A DNA stretch of 64,000 nucleotides from Candidatus Niyogibacteria bacterium (GTDB lineage: Bacteria > Patescibacteriota > Minisyncoccia > HO2-45-28), in contig JACOYI010000002.1 in the NCBI GenBank assembly GCA_016181935.1, positions 63,961-127,960 on the forward strand. Reading direction: 5' to 3'. The notes below the pieces were generated by a model that worked only from the letters and a program-made list of their open reading frames with translations, searched no databases and was not told where the DNA came from. Positions 45,806 to 54,489 of the stretch are shown here, in pieces; the stretch's first letter is position 1; each line of letters begins with the position of its first letter. The translations under genes were made by a program, and so were the position numbers.

Positions 45806-46776
45806 GGCATTTTGGCGGGTTTTACAGTTTTTGCGATAAAGACATAGGCAGGATCGCCAGATGCAATGGAAATACGGTCGCGCTTCAATTGCGCCGAAAC
45901 ACTTTCAAGCGAATGTTGCAATTGCCGGGCAATTTGAACATGCGCTTCGATCAATGACGGTGCCGCAAAGAAATCATTGGGCAGGGTTTGAAAACCCGCA
46001 TTCGTTTCGGACAAACCCTCGAACGCATTGATGATGGTTAAATGCAGGTCGCGATAGTGCGCGGGAACCGGCGTTTTGAGGAGTTTTTGAGCCGCATTAG
46101 CATACGCATAGCGGTATGCCCCAAAAGCGGAAAAATATTTGACTGTATTTTCGCGGTCCGTGGCGTTTAGGAGTTGAATAAGCAGGGCCAGCTCATTCGA
46201 CTTAAAACCGCTAAAAAAAGATGTCAGAATTGCGCCAAGCTCATTCGCATATTTTTTTACCGCTTCCGAAGAGGCATCCGGAGAAATCACAATATCCGCG
46301 CCTGTCCGCTTGGTTTTTTGGGAAAAAGTCGTTGCGGTCGGAGGCGGCATGGAAACGCTTAAATACTTTCGAATTTCATCATCCGACCACCCCTGTTGCT
46401 TTAGCGTGACGACATTGGTTAAAAAATCCCGCGCGAATGCGTCGGAGGGAGAAAGAGCCGCCGCGCTGCTTTCGGTCAACGATCGGGAAACGGCCGTCGT
46501 ATCTTTTACAGCGCTCTTTTTGATCGCTTCGCCGTCCGGAATCCCGTCGCCATCCGTATCGGGATTATTCGGGTCGGTTTTCCAAAGAAGCTCTTCCCAG
46601 TCCTTCAGGCCGTCGCCATCGGAATCCGACGCTTGCTGACGGGCGGCGGCAGGTACCGCTGTGACAATAGCCGCGGTTTGCGGTGTGGATCTCGAGAGCG
46701 AGCGAACATACCAAATACCGCCTCCGACCACGAAGACGCTCACAATTCCCAAAAGGATGAACTTTGGGTTCCTCAC
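45802..46776 (-). CDS. Membrane-anchored protein with calcium-binding-like Asp-rich repeats
   Basis: N-terminal TM helix, then DSDGDGLKDWEE and DTDGDGIPDGE (thrombospondin type 3 / EF-like motifs). First gene of the operon. Confidence 0.45.
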   Translation of the reverse strand: MRNPKFILLGIVSVFVVGGGIWYVRSLSRSTPQTAAIVTAVPAAARQQASDSDGDGLKDWEELLWKTDPNNPDTDGDGIPDGEAIKKSAVKDTTAVSRSLTESSAAALSPSDAFARDFLTNVVTLKQQGWSDDEIRKYLSVSMPPPTATTFSQKTKRTGADIVISPDASSEAVKKYANELGAILTSFFSGFKSNELALLIQLLNATDRENTVKYFSAFGAYRYAYANAAQKLLKTPVPAHYRDLHLTIINAFEGLSETNAGFQTLPNDFFAAPSLIEAHVQIARQLQHSLESVSAQLKRDRISIASGDPAYVFIAKTVKPAKMP

Positions 46777-46836
46777 TTACCTTATTATAGCGCTTGACTA
46801 TCATGACCTCTTGTGGACAACCCAATAAATGGTGAG

Positions 46837-47688
46837 TTATTTGTGTAAATTTTGGCGGGCAAGGCAGAGCCATTGTTCAAGCGAAATATTTTCTGCGCGG
46901 GCTGTTTTTGATATTTTGCATTTTCCCAAAAAGGAGCCCCAAGGTCCGCCAGTTGGCGGATTAGGAATCAGATAAGGACTACCCTTAAAAGCTCCCTTTT
47001 TGAGAACACTAAGCGCGATTTTCCGCTTTTGGCCGAATGCCGTTTTAATGAGCGCGAAGTAATATCGGGAAGTCGGACTTCCCGAGATCAAAAGTGGCCG
47101 GGAGCGGCGTTCGAGAACGAGAACCGCGGAATCCACTCCAGGAGGCGGCCGGAAATTGCCGCGGGACACCCGGAACGCAATGCGTGCGGTCATGAACGGC
47201 TGAATCGAAAGCCCCAGAAGATTGGTTTTGGATTGTATGAGGCTCGGCCTCGTACGATTAGCGATGCGCTCCGCCACTTCTTTCTGAACCATCAAAACTA
47301 TCAGACTTGGAGGCCTCGCTCTATCGGACACCAAGAGACGGAAAAGCTGACCCGAAAGATAGTATGGGATATTCGCAACCACCTTAATGGACGGCACATT
47401 TGTGTTGAATTTTCTAGGTTTTTTGAGAACGTCGCGGATATCGGCTTCGATAAGGACAAGGTTTTTGTTTTTGTCGAATTTTTCGCGAAGTTTTTCGATG
47501 AGTTCCGTGTCCTTTTCAACCGCAATAACGCGCTTCGCGCGTTTTAAAAGTTCTGCTGTCAGTATGCCGGTTCCGGGACCGATTTCGAGAACGGTATCGT
47601 TCGGCTGAATATCCGCGCTTTTGGCGATGCGCTCGGCGATCCTCGGAGACGTTAGAAAATGTTGCCCTAGGCGTGTTCCCATGATCAA
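46837..47688 (-). CDS. rsmA: 16S rRNA (adenine1518/1519-N6)-dimethyltransferase
   Basis: GQHFL motif and SAM-binding VLEIGPGTGILT, the KsgA signature. Confidence 0.9.
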   Translation of the reverse strand: MIMGTRLGQHFLTSPRIAERIAKSADIQPNDTVLEIGPGTGILTAELLKRAKRVIAVEKDTELIEKLREKFDKNKNLVLIEADIRDVLKKPRKFNTNVPSIKVVANIPYYLSGQLFRLLVSDRARPPSLIVLMVQKEVAERIANRTRPSLIQSKTNLLGLSIQPFMTARIAFRVSRGNFRPPPGVDSAVLVLERRSRPLLISGSPTSRYYFALIKTAFGQKRKIALSVLKKGAFKGSPYLIPNPPTGGPWGSFLGKCKISKTARAENISLEQWLCLARQNLHK

Positions 47689-49631
47689 AGCTCAATAATC
47701 GGTTCGTTATCGGCGGGCTCGATGAGTTCCGGCGGGATTTCATCCAAAAACCGTGATGGCATATTGACCTGACGCTCGCCGAACATGGTCCGGAAGAGCG
47801 CAAGCGAGAGATATGCACGCTTGCGCGCGCGGGTCAGGGCGACATAAAAAAGCCGCCGCTCTTCTTCGATGCGCAGTTTTTCTTCTTCACCGGAAAGCGC
47901 GGTGTGCGGGAACAGGCCGTCTTCGAGGCCCGCAATGAATACATGATCGAATTCAAGGCCTTTGGCCGCATGCACCGTGGAAAGCGGTATACTCGCCTCT
48001 TTTTTGTGGATCGTGTCGTCGCCAGTCATGAGCGCCGCTTCTTCCAAAAGCGCGAGAACTCCTTGGGGCGGCTCCAGCACGTCGAATCGCTTCACAAGGC
48101 CTGCAAGCTCTTTCAGGTTGGCAAGGCGCATGAGATCGTCCTCGACTTCCGGATCAAAAAGCTCGCGGTATCCGGTTGTTTTGAAAACACAATCGAGCGC
48201 AAATGACGCCGGATGCTCATGCGCCGCTTCCCGGATGGCGGCAAGTGTATTTTCAAACGCCGCGATCTTTTGCTGTTCCGAAGCGGAAAGCGGGAGGTTG
48301 CTGAAATACTTGGCGAGGAGCACTTTCCCGATCTCGCGCCTCGGCGTATTGATGACGCGTTTGATACTCAATAGGTCATTCGGGTTCGTTGCGGCGCGGA
48401 GATACGAGAGAATATCTTTGACCTCACGGCGGGCGTAAAATTTGACGCCCACGACGTGATACGGGATCTGATGAAGCAGGAATTTTTCTTCGAGCACGCG
48501 GGACTGGGCGTTCGTGCGGAAGAGGACAGCAATGGAAGCCGGTTTTGCGCCTTCCTCCACTAAGTTTTTGGCCTTTCCTGCGATCCACTCGGCCTCATTC
48601 GCCTCATTTTCCGTCACCCGAAGCTCGATTTTGGCAAAATCGCCGTCCAGCGTCGTATAGAGATTTTTAGGTTTCCGGAAAACATTTTTTGCGATAACGG
48701 CATTCGCCGCATCGAGAATAGGCTTGGTGGAGCGGTAATTTTCCTCGAGCGTTACTACCACAGCTTCGGGCCAGTCGATCTCGAATTGGAGGATGTTGCG
48801 GAAATCCGCACCTCGGAACGAATAAATGGCTTGGTCGATGTCCCCCACCACACAGAGATTGGAATGGGTGCGCGCCAGAAGATTGGCAAGCCGGTACTGG
48901 ACGGAATCCGTATCCTGATATTCGTCGATATGGACGTATTTCCAGAGATTTTGGTATTTCGCGAGTATTTCGGGGTGCTTGTCAAAAAGATCCACGGTCC
49001 GCACCAGCAGGTCATCAAAATCGAGCGTAAGTGATCGCACCTTTTTTGCTTCATAAAGCGCCCAAACCTCGCCGAATGCGCGTGAAAAGCCGTCCTTCGC
49101 ATCCGCCAATTGCCCATCCGGCGTCAAAAGTGAGGTTTTTTTGGAAGAGATCAGATGTTTGATGCGGCGCGGTTCGAATTGTTTGGGGTCGAGCCCGAAC
49201 TCTTTGATGCATTCTTTGATGAGCGCCGTGCGGTCTTCATCGTCCAAGATCGTAAAACGGGGGTCGATTCCCACCGCTTTCCCTTCTCGGCGCAAGATCC
49301 AAGCGCCTAGGGCGTGAAAAGTGCCGATCCATGGGGAGTCCTTTAAGGGGAGTCCTTTTCTGATTCCTATTCCTAAGGACTCCCCTTGGGGATTCCCCGT
49401 AAGGAGCTTGATGATGCGTTCTTTCATCTCACCCGCCGCCTTGTTGGTGAATGTGATGGCGAGAATGGATTCCGGCACTATGCCCGATGCAATGAGATTT
49501 GCGATGCGATAGGTTAAAACGCGGGTTTTGCCTGAGCCAGCTCCCGCCACGATCAAAAGCGGTCCCGAGCGGTGCAAAACCGCCTCTTTTTGGGCGTCAT
49601 TGAGGCCGGCGAGGAGATTGGGGGTTGACAT
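47685..49631 (-). CDS. pcrA: ATP-dependent DNA helicase PcrA/UvrD
   Basis: Walker A AGAGSGKTRVLT and UvrD helicase motifs throughout. 648 aa. Confidence 0.95.
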   Translation of the reverse strand: MSTPNLLAGLNDAQKEAVLHRSGPLLIVAGAGSGKTRVLTYRIANLIASGIVPESILAITFTNKAAGEMKERIIKLLTGNPQGESLGIGIRKGLPLKDSPWIGTFHALGAWILRREGKAVGIDPRFTILDDEDRTALIKECIKEFGLDPKQFEPRRIKHLISSKKTSLLTPDGQLADAKDGFSRAFGEVWALYEAKKVRSLTLDFDDLLVRTVDLFDKHPEILAKYQNLWKYVHIDEYQDTDSVQYRLANLLARTHSNLCVVGDIDQAIYSFRGADFRNILQFEIDWPEAVVVTLEENYRSTKPILDAANAVIAKNVFRKPKNLYTTLDGDFAKIELRVTENEANEAEWIAGKAKNLVEEGAKPASIAVLFRTNAQSRVLEEKFLLHQIPYHVVGVKFYARREVKDILSYLRAATNPNDLLSIKRVINTPRREIGKVLLAKYFSNLPLSASEQQKIAAFENTLAAIREAAHEHPASFALDCVFKTTGYRELFDPEVEDDLMRLANLKELAGLVKRFDVLEPPQGVLALLEEAALMTGDDTIHKKEASIPLSTVHAAKGLEFDHVFIAGLEDGLFPHTALSGEEEKLRIEEERRLFYVALTRARKRAYLSLALFRTMFGERQVNMPSRFLDEIPPELIEPADNEPIIEL

Positions 49632-49737
49632 AGTATACGGAGCGTAGCATTCGCGGCCATTCGTTTCAACGAATCTTTACAAAAGACGCATAGATTTATA
49701 GATTTTATAGAGATTTTTGTCTTGAAATGAGGTTCCG

Positions 49738-50202
49738 ATGATCACGCTGATGCCGCTTAAGGTTTTACGGGTCAATGAACGCCATGTCAGAGATATCCGG
49801 ACGCTCTGTGAAGCGTTGGCAGGGGTTTCGCTGGGCCAGAACTTCCGTACCGTGGAGGCGGTTCAGGTGATCCAGCGCCAGAGCGCTCTGGAGGTTTGGT
49901 GCGCTTTTGATGGGGATGCGCTTGTGGGTATGGCAGGCCTGATCGTCGCCGATCTTTTTATGGGAAAACGGGCGTTCATCGAGGAAGTCGCTGTCCATCC
50001 GGCCTACCAAGGGAAAGGCATTGGCCGCTCCTTGGTCGACCAGTTGATCGCCCTTGCGCGGCATGCAGGGTGCCTGTGTGTTGACCTAACCAGCAACCCT
50101 CAGCGGATAGCTGCAAACGCGCTCTACCAGCGGCTCGGCTTCAGGCGGCGAACGACCAATGTATACCGGCTGGATTTAAGCGAAAAACCCCCTCACTCGT
50201 GA
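49738..50202 (+). CDS. GNAT family N-acetyltransferase
   Basis: Acetyl-CoA binding motif VHPAYQGKGIGRSLV. Confidence 0.8.
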   Translation: MITLMPLKVLRVNERHVRDIRTLCEALAGVSLGQNFRTVEAVQVIQRQSALEVWCAFDGDALVGMAGLIVADLFMGKRAFIEEVAVHPAYQGKGIGRSLVDQLIALARHAGCLCVDLTSNPQRIAANALYQRLGFRRRTTNVYRLDLSEKPPHS

Positions 50203-50213
50203 GGGTTTTTTTG
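50186..50213 (+). terminator. Rho-independent terminator
   Basis: CCCCTCAC-TCG-TGAGGG hairpin followed by TTTTTTTG. It overlaps the GNAT stop codon. Confidence 0.6.
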
Positions 50214-50294
50214 TTCAAAAATTGGCGTTTTTCATGATTCGGCGCCTGTGGATAACTGATTGACTTTTGGCCATTCCGGCGGTAAGCTGGACGT

Positions 50295-50492
50295 GTATCC
50301 GGTAGCAATACCGGACTTTGATTGAAAAGACCGGAAAACGCTGATTTTACGGAGAAAACCGGGCTAACCTGGTTTTGAACTCGTATTATAGAAACCTCAA
50401 AACGCTCATCGGCCGCCCCCGCGAAACAGGACGCCGAGAGCCATAAAAACTCCTCAAAAGGACTTTCCGCGATTGCAAAGTCCTTTTTGGCT
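50295..50492 (+). promoter_or_regulatory. Structured 5' leader ending in an intrinsic terminator upstream of the LysM/M23 peptidase gene
   Basis: Promoter-like TTGACT at about 50260. Several hairpins (CCGGTAGCAATACCGG; AAACCGGGCTAACCTGGTTT). A terminator AAAGGACTTT-(10 nt)-AAAGTCCTTT plus a T-run ends exactly at the TTG start. Confidence 0.35.
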
Positions 50493-51473
50493 TTTTCCGC
50501 CTTTTTACTGCTTTCGCTCCCCTTTTTTGGCGCGGAGGCCGGCATCCTTTCTTTTTTTAAGAATATGTTCAAGGGTGAAACCGAAACCGAAACGGCTGCC
50601 ATTTTCAATTCGCAGACCATACCCCTCCTGGAAGCGCCGACGAACGTGGACCCGTTGGCCGGAACCGGCGGCGGCGACATCACGATCGTTCAGAATAACG
50701 CCCTTTTGGCGGCGACGGGCCCTTTGGGCAGTATCGCGGATATTGAGGAAAGCGCGAAAGCGAACGGGCAGATCTCGATTTACGTTGTCCGTGAAGGCGA
50801 TAGCTTGAGCGCTATTGCGAAAATGTTCGGTGTTTCCGTGAATACGATCGTTTGGGCGAATGATTTGAACCGGACAGACCTGATCAAAACGGGGCAGGTT
50901 TTGGTCATTTTGCCGATATCCGGAGTCCAGTACACCGTGGCGAAGGGAGATACGATCCAATCGATTGCGAAGAAATTCAAAGGCGATGCGGATGAGATCG
51001 CTCAATTCAACGACCTATCGGCTCCGGGAATACTCGCGATTGGTTCTACGGTCATCATCCCGAACGGCGAATCGTATCTGGTTTCGACGCCAACGAGTCG
51101 GTTGCGCTCTGCAGGCGGACCGGAGTATCCGGGGTATTATCTTCGCCCGATCGCTGGCGGCCGCCGGTCGCAAGGACTCCACGGGTATAATGGCATAGAC
51201 CTTGCGGCGAGTTGTGGTACGCCGGTGCTTGCATCGGCGTCCGGCGATGTGATCGTTGATCGTTCTTATGGCTGGAATGGCGGCTACGGCCTTTATACGG
51301 TCGTTCGCCATCCCAACAGCACGCAGACGCTCTACGCGCATTTGAGTTCGGTCATCGTGCAGGCCGGCTGGCCGGTGGTTCAGGGACAGGTCATCGGTTA
51401 TGTCGGAAGCACCGGCAACTCGACCGGATGTCACCTGCACTTTGAGGTCCGCGGAGCAAAGAATCCGTTTTAA
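50487..51473 (+). CDS. LysM-domain M23 family peptidase
   Basis: TTG start. Signal peptide, two LysM repeats (YVVREGDSLSAIAKMF; YTVAKGDTIQSIAKKF) and an M23 domain (HxxxD …GIDLAA… HLHFEV). Confidence 0.85.
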   Translation: MAFSAFLLLSLPFFGAEAGILSFFKNMFKGETETETAAIFNSQTIPLLEAPTNVDPLAGTGGGDITIVQNNALLAATGPLGSIADIEESAKANGQISIYVVREGDSLSAIAKMFGVSVNTIVWANDLNRTDLIKTGQVLVILPISGVQYTVAKGDTIQSIAKKFKGDADEIAQFNDLSAPGILAIGSTVIIPNGESYLVSTPTSRLRSAGGPEYPGYYLRPIAGGRRSQGLHGYNGIDLAASCGTPVLASASGDVIVDRSYGWNGGYGLYTVVRHPNSTQTLYAHLSSVIVQAGWPVVQGQVIGYVGSTGNSTGCHLHFEVRGAKNPF

Positions 51474-51583
51474 TTGGTTGACTTTTTCCGAAAACCGCGC
51501 TATGGTAGGCGCGGTTTTTGTTTTTTTTTGCAGTGCGCCTCGCCGCCAGCAGGCGGCGTTTGCTTACAAGAGGAGGTGTTTGT

Positions 51584-52211
51584 GATCCCCCCAGCATCGT
51601 TTACGCAGCATGCATTCGAACGTATGCGTGCGCGGCTGTCGCTAACGGCAGCCGAAGTGGCGAAACTTTTGGATTCGGATCGCGTTGTCTTAATCGGAAA
51701 GGAAACAGATTCATCCACGATTCATCGGCTCTTTTACAGCGCACCCGACAATTATTGCTTTGTCGCCATTCAGGATGAAATAACCGGCGAAGTCGTGACC
51801 GTCGTGCCCGTGGATTATCGCAAAGCATTCAGGGTGAGCGAAGAGGCGGCAGAAATGGCGAAACGGATCGTGGTGGGATTGCCGGCGCGTTCGGAGCCCA
51901 TCAAAGAGGAACCCAAAGGCGCGATAAAACAAGTTCATTTACATTTCAAGTGCATATTTTCTTATGATGGCATCCGGAAAGAAGTAAAGCTTGGTGTCTG
52001 CGCGATCAGAGCCGAAATATGGGTGGTCGAGAGTGATTTATTCCGTCTTACCCAAAAATCCGAAGTTCTGAATTGGCTAAGCGAAAAACTTGATCTCCGT
52101 GTGCCTGCGGAGGCGAATGAGAAACAATTGTACATTAAGTGGAGCGCGTATGGCGAACGTAAAACGCAGTGGATGTATATAAAAGGTTTTTTTGAAGAGG
52201 AATTTCTGTGA
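51584..52211 (+). CDS. Hypothetical protein (possible DUF4258-like N-terminus)
   Basis: GTG start after AGGAGG. The N-terminus IPPASFTQHAFERMRARLSLTAAEVAKLL resembles the H-A-x-E-R-M-x-x-R motif of DUF4258. The remainder is unknown. Confidence 0.4.
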
Positions 52212-52226
52212 TTCCTCTTTTTGTTT

Positions 52227-53753
52227 TTATAGAAGCACTTCCTTGGGCCGGTACTGGAGGGCTTCTGCGAGATGCTCTTCTTTTATCGGTTCGGAATGCT
52301 CGAGGTCCGCGATGGTGCGCGCGAGCTTGATGACGCGGTGATACGCGCGGGGCGACAGATCGAGGCGCTTGGCGGCGGCATCAAGCAGGAGGCGCGCATC
52401 ACCCGCAAGAGGCGCGAATTTTTCGAGATTCCGGATGCCAAGCTCGCAATTCATGCGGATCCCGATTTTTTTATATCGCCGTTCCTGAATGGCGCGCGCA
52501 GAGACGACGCGCTTTCGGATATCGGCGCCCGACGGAACGGAGCGGTCCACGCGCATGCCGAGCTCTTTATGATCCACCAGCCCGACTTCGGTCCAGAGGT
52601 CAATGCGGTCGGCAATGGGTCCCGAGATTTTGCGCTGATACCGGAAGAGTGCCGACGGCATGCAGACGCAGATCTTGGTTTTGGAGCCGAGGTTGCCGCA
52701 GGGACACGGGTTCATGGCGGCAACGAGCATGAAGCGCGCCGGAAATTGCATCGTACTTTTGGCGCGCGCGACCGTGATGACGCCGTCTTCGAGCGGTTGC
52801 CTCAATGCTTCAATGACGCGGCGGTCGAATTCCGGAAATTCATCGAGAAACAAAACGCCGCGGTGCGCGAGCGTGATCTCGCCCGGACGCGGCGATGTTC
52901 CACCGCCCGTGAGCGCAACATACGACGAGGTGTGGTGCGGACTGCGGAACGGGCGTTCGGTCGCGAGAGGTTCCCGCTTTGCGCCCGCAACGCTATGGAT
53001 CGTGGTCACTTCGAGCGCCTCCTCGCGCGAGAGCGGCGGCAGAATCGTTGGCAGGGCGCGCGCCAGCAGAGTTTTTCCGGTGCCGGGCGGGCCCGACATC
53101 AGCACATTGTGTCCGCCCGCAGCCGCGATTTCGAGCGCGCGCTTGGCAGTTTCCTGTCCGCGGATATCGAAGAAATTGTGGGGCGCCGCCACCGTTCCCC
53201 CTTTCCATGGCGTCGGCGGCAGAGCGGCCAATGGTTTTTCATTTGTGATGTGCAGGAGAACATCGGAAAGATTCGCGGCTTCATAGACGCGGATGCCGCG
53301 AACAAATGCGGCTTCAATGCCGTTGCCCTTGGGGACGATGACGGATTCAAAACGCGCATGTTCGGCGGTTTGGGAGAGGGAGAGCATTCCGGGAACGGGG
53401 CGTAAAGCGCCATCAAGCGCGAGTTCCCCCAAAAATAGCGTGCGTCGAGAATCGAATACGGCTTGTTTCGAAGCGAGAATGTATCCCAATGCGATCGCGA
53501 GATCGAATCCGGACCCCTCTTTTTTAATGTCGGCGGGTGCGAGCGATACGATGACCTTTTGATTCTGCTTGTGGGGCGGTTTCAACCCGATGTTTTTGAT
53601 GGCATAACTGATGCGCTCTTTTGCCTCGTCCACGGCTTTGTCTGCGAGCCCCACAATGGTGAACGAGCGCAGTCCTTTGGAAACATCCACTTCCACATCA
53701 ATGATGCGTCCGTCGAGGCCTACCGTTTCCGCGCTGAATAACCGGACCGCCAT
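52227..53753 (-). CDS. comM: Mg-chelatase-like AAA+ ATPase YifB/ComM
   Basis: N-terminal Lon-protease-like ChlI domain, Walker A MSGPPGTGKT, Walker B VLFLDEFPEF and a C-terminal Mg_chelatase_C domain. Confidence 0.9.
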   Translation of the reverse strand: MAVRLFSAETVGLDGRIIDVEVDVSKGLRSFTIVGLADKAVDEAKERISYAIKNIGLKPPHKQNQKVIVSLAPADIKKEGSGFDLAIALGYILASKQAVFDSRRTLFLGELALDGALRPVPGMLSLSQTAEHARFESVIVPKGNGIEAAFVRGIRVYEAANLSDVLLHITNEKPLAALPPTPWKGGTVAAPHNFFDIRGQETAKRALEIAAAGGHNVLMSGPPGTGKTLLARALPTILPPLSREEALEVTTIHSVAGAKREPLATERPFRSPHHTSSYVALTGGGTSPRPGEITLAHRGVLFLDEFPEFDRRVIEALRQPLEDGVITVARAKSTMQFPARFMLVAAMNPCPCGNLGSKTKICVCMPSALFRYQRKISGPIADRIDLWTEVGLVDHKELGMRVDRSVPSGADIRKRVVSARAIQERRYKKIGIRMNCELGIRNLEKFAPLAGDARLLLDAAAKRLDLSPRAYHRVIKLARTIADLEHSEPIKEEHLAEALQYRPKEVLL

Positions 53754-53865
53754 GATGTCCCTACTCTATCGGAGAGCGGAAGCGTGCTCAATGGATTTCG
53801 GTATTGACGGGAACGCGGCCATGCCGTACTCTGATTTCAGACTTTGATTTTTTCGAGGAGAGCGT

Positions 53866-54090
53866 ATGGCGCTTTACCATCCACCGGTCAAATGTTTCAA
53901 GTGCGGAGGAGTCATTCCGTGGGTCCCCAATCCGATGACCGAGTACCAGCGGATACACGGATTTATGGGAGATACCGGCGGGCATCACGATCACGAAGGG
54001 CACGTGTGTTCCGAAAAAAAGCCCGAGAAGCAACCGCCAGCAACCGGGAAAGCCGCTTTGCGGTCCGCAGAGGGGGAAGGCGACAAATAA
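53866..54090 (+). CDS. Hypothetical small Cys/His-rich protein
   Basis: 74 aa with RBS GAGGAG. Contains CFKCGG and GGHHDHEGHVC, putative metal ligands. Confidence 0.3.
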   Translation: MALYHPPVKCFKCGGVIPWVPNPMTEYQRIHGFMGDTGGHHDHEGHVCSEKKPEKQPPATGKAALRSAEGEGDK

Positions 54091-54123
54091 CAAAACACCG
54101 AGCATAGCGCTCGGTATTTTTTA

Positions 54124-54477
54124 TCAAACCGTATGCTCGACGCATCGCGCGGCCGCGGGATTGGCTTCGAGGCGTTCAGGGTCAATGGGCTTGCCGTCCT
54201 CGATGCATTTTCCGAATGTTCCCTCGTCGATGCGCTTGAGCGCCGCCTTAACCTCATTCAATTGGGTTTCGAGCGCGACCTCGATCGATGCGTCGGTCTG
54301 GAATTCTTCGAATACATCCGCCATTTCGTTTTCATCGGATGTTTGCGCGTTGAATTCGGGGCGCTGGGGTTCCCAGTCATCCGGCGTTCCGGGATGCGTT
54401 TGCCCCACACTTTTGAGCTGCGTTTCAAGCCGCGCCTTTTCCTCCTCCAATTTTTTGCGAAAATGCTCGATGTCCAT
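54124..54477 (-). CDS. DksA/TraR-family C4 zinc-finger protein
   Basis: Coiled-coil N-terminus and a C-terminal zinc finger (…EGTFGKCIEDGKPIDPERLEANPAAARCVEHT). No acidic DxxDxA tip is obvious. Confidence 0.65.
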   Translation of the reverse strand: MDIEHFRKKLEEEKARLETQLKSVGQTHPGTPDDWEPQRPEFNAQTSDENEMADVFEEFQTDASIEVALETQLNEVKAALKRIDEGTFGKCIEDGKPIDPERLEANPAAARCVEHTV

Positions 54478-54489
54478 GTTGAAACCGTA

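Noticed and set aside
50214-50492. c-di-AMP (ydaO) riboswitch upstream of the LysM/M23 peptidase
   Set aside because: The genomic context fits, but the conserved ydaO sequence blocks are not apparent on inspection. It is reported only as a generic structured leader.
52272-53405. 377-aa plus-strand ORF
   Set aside because: Antisense within comM/yifB.
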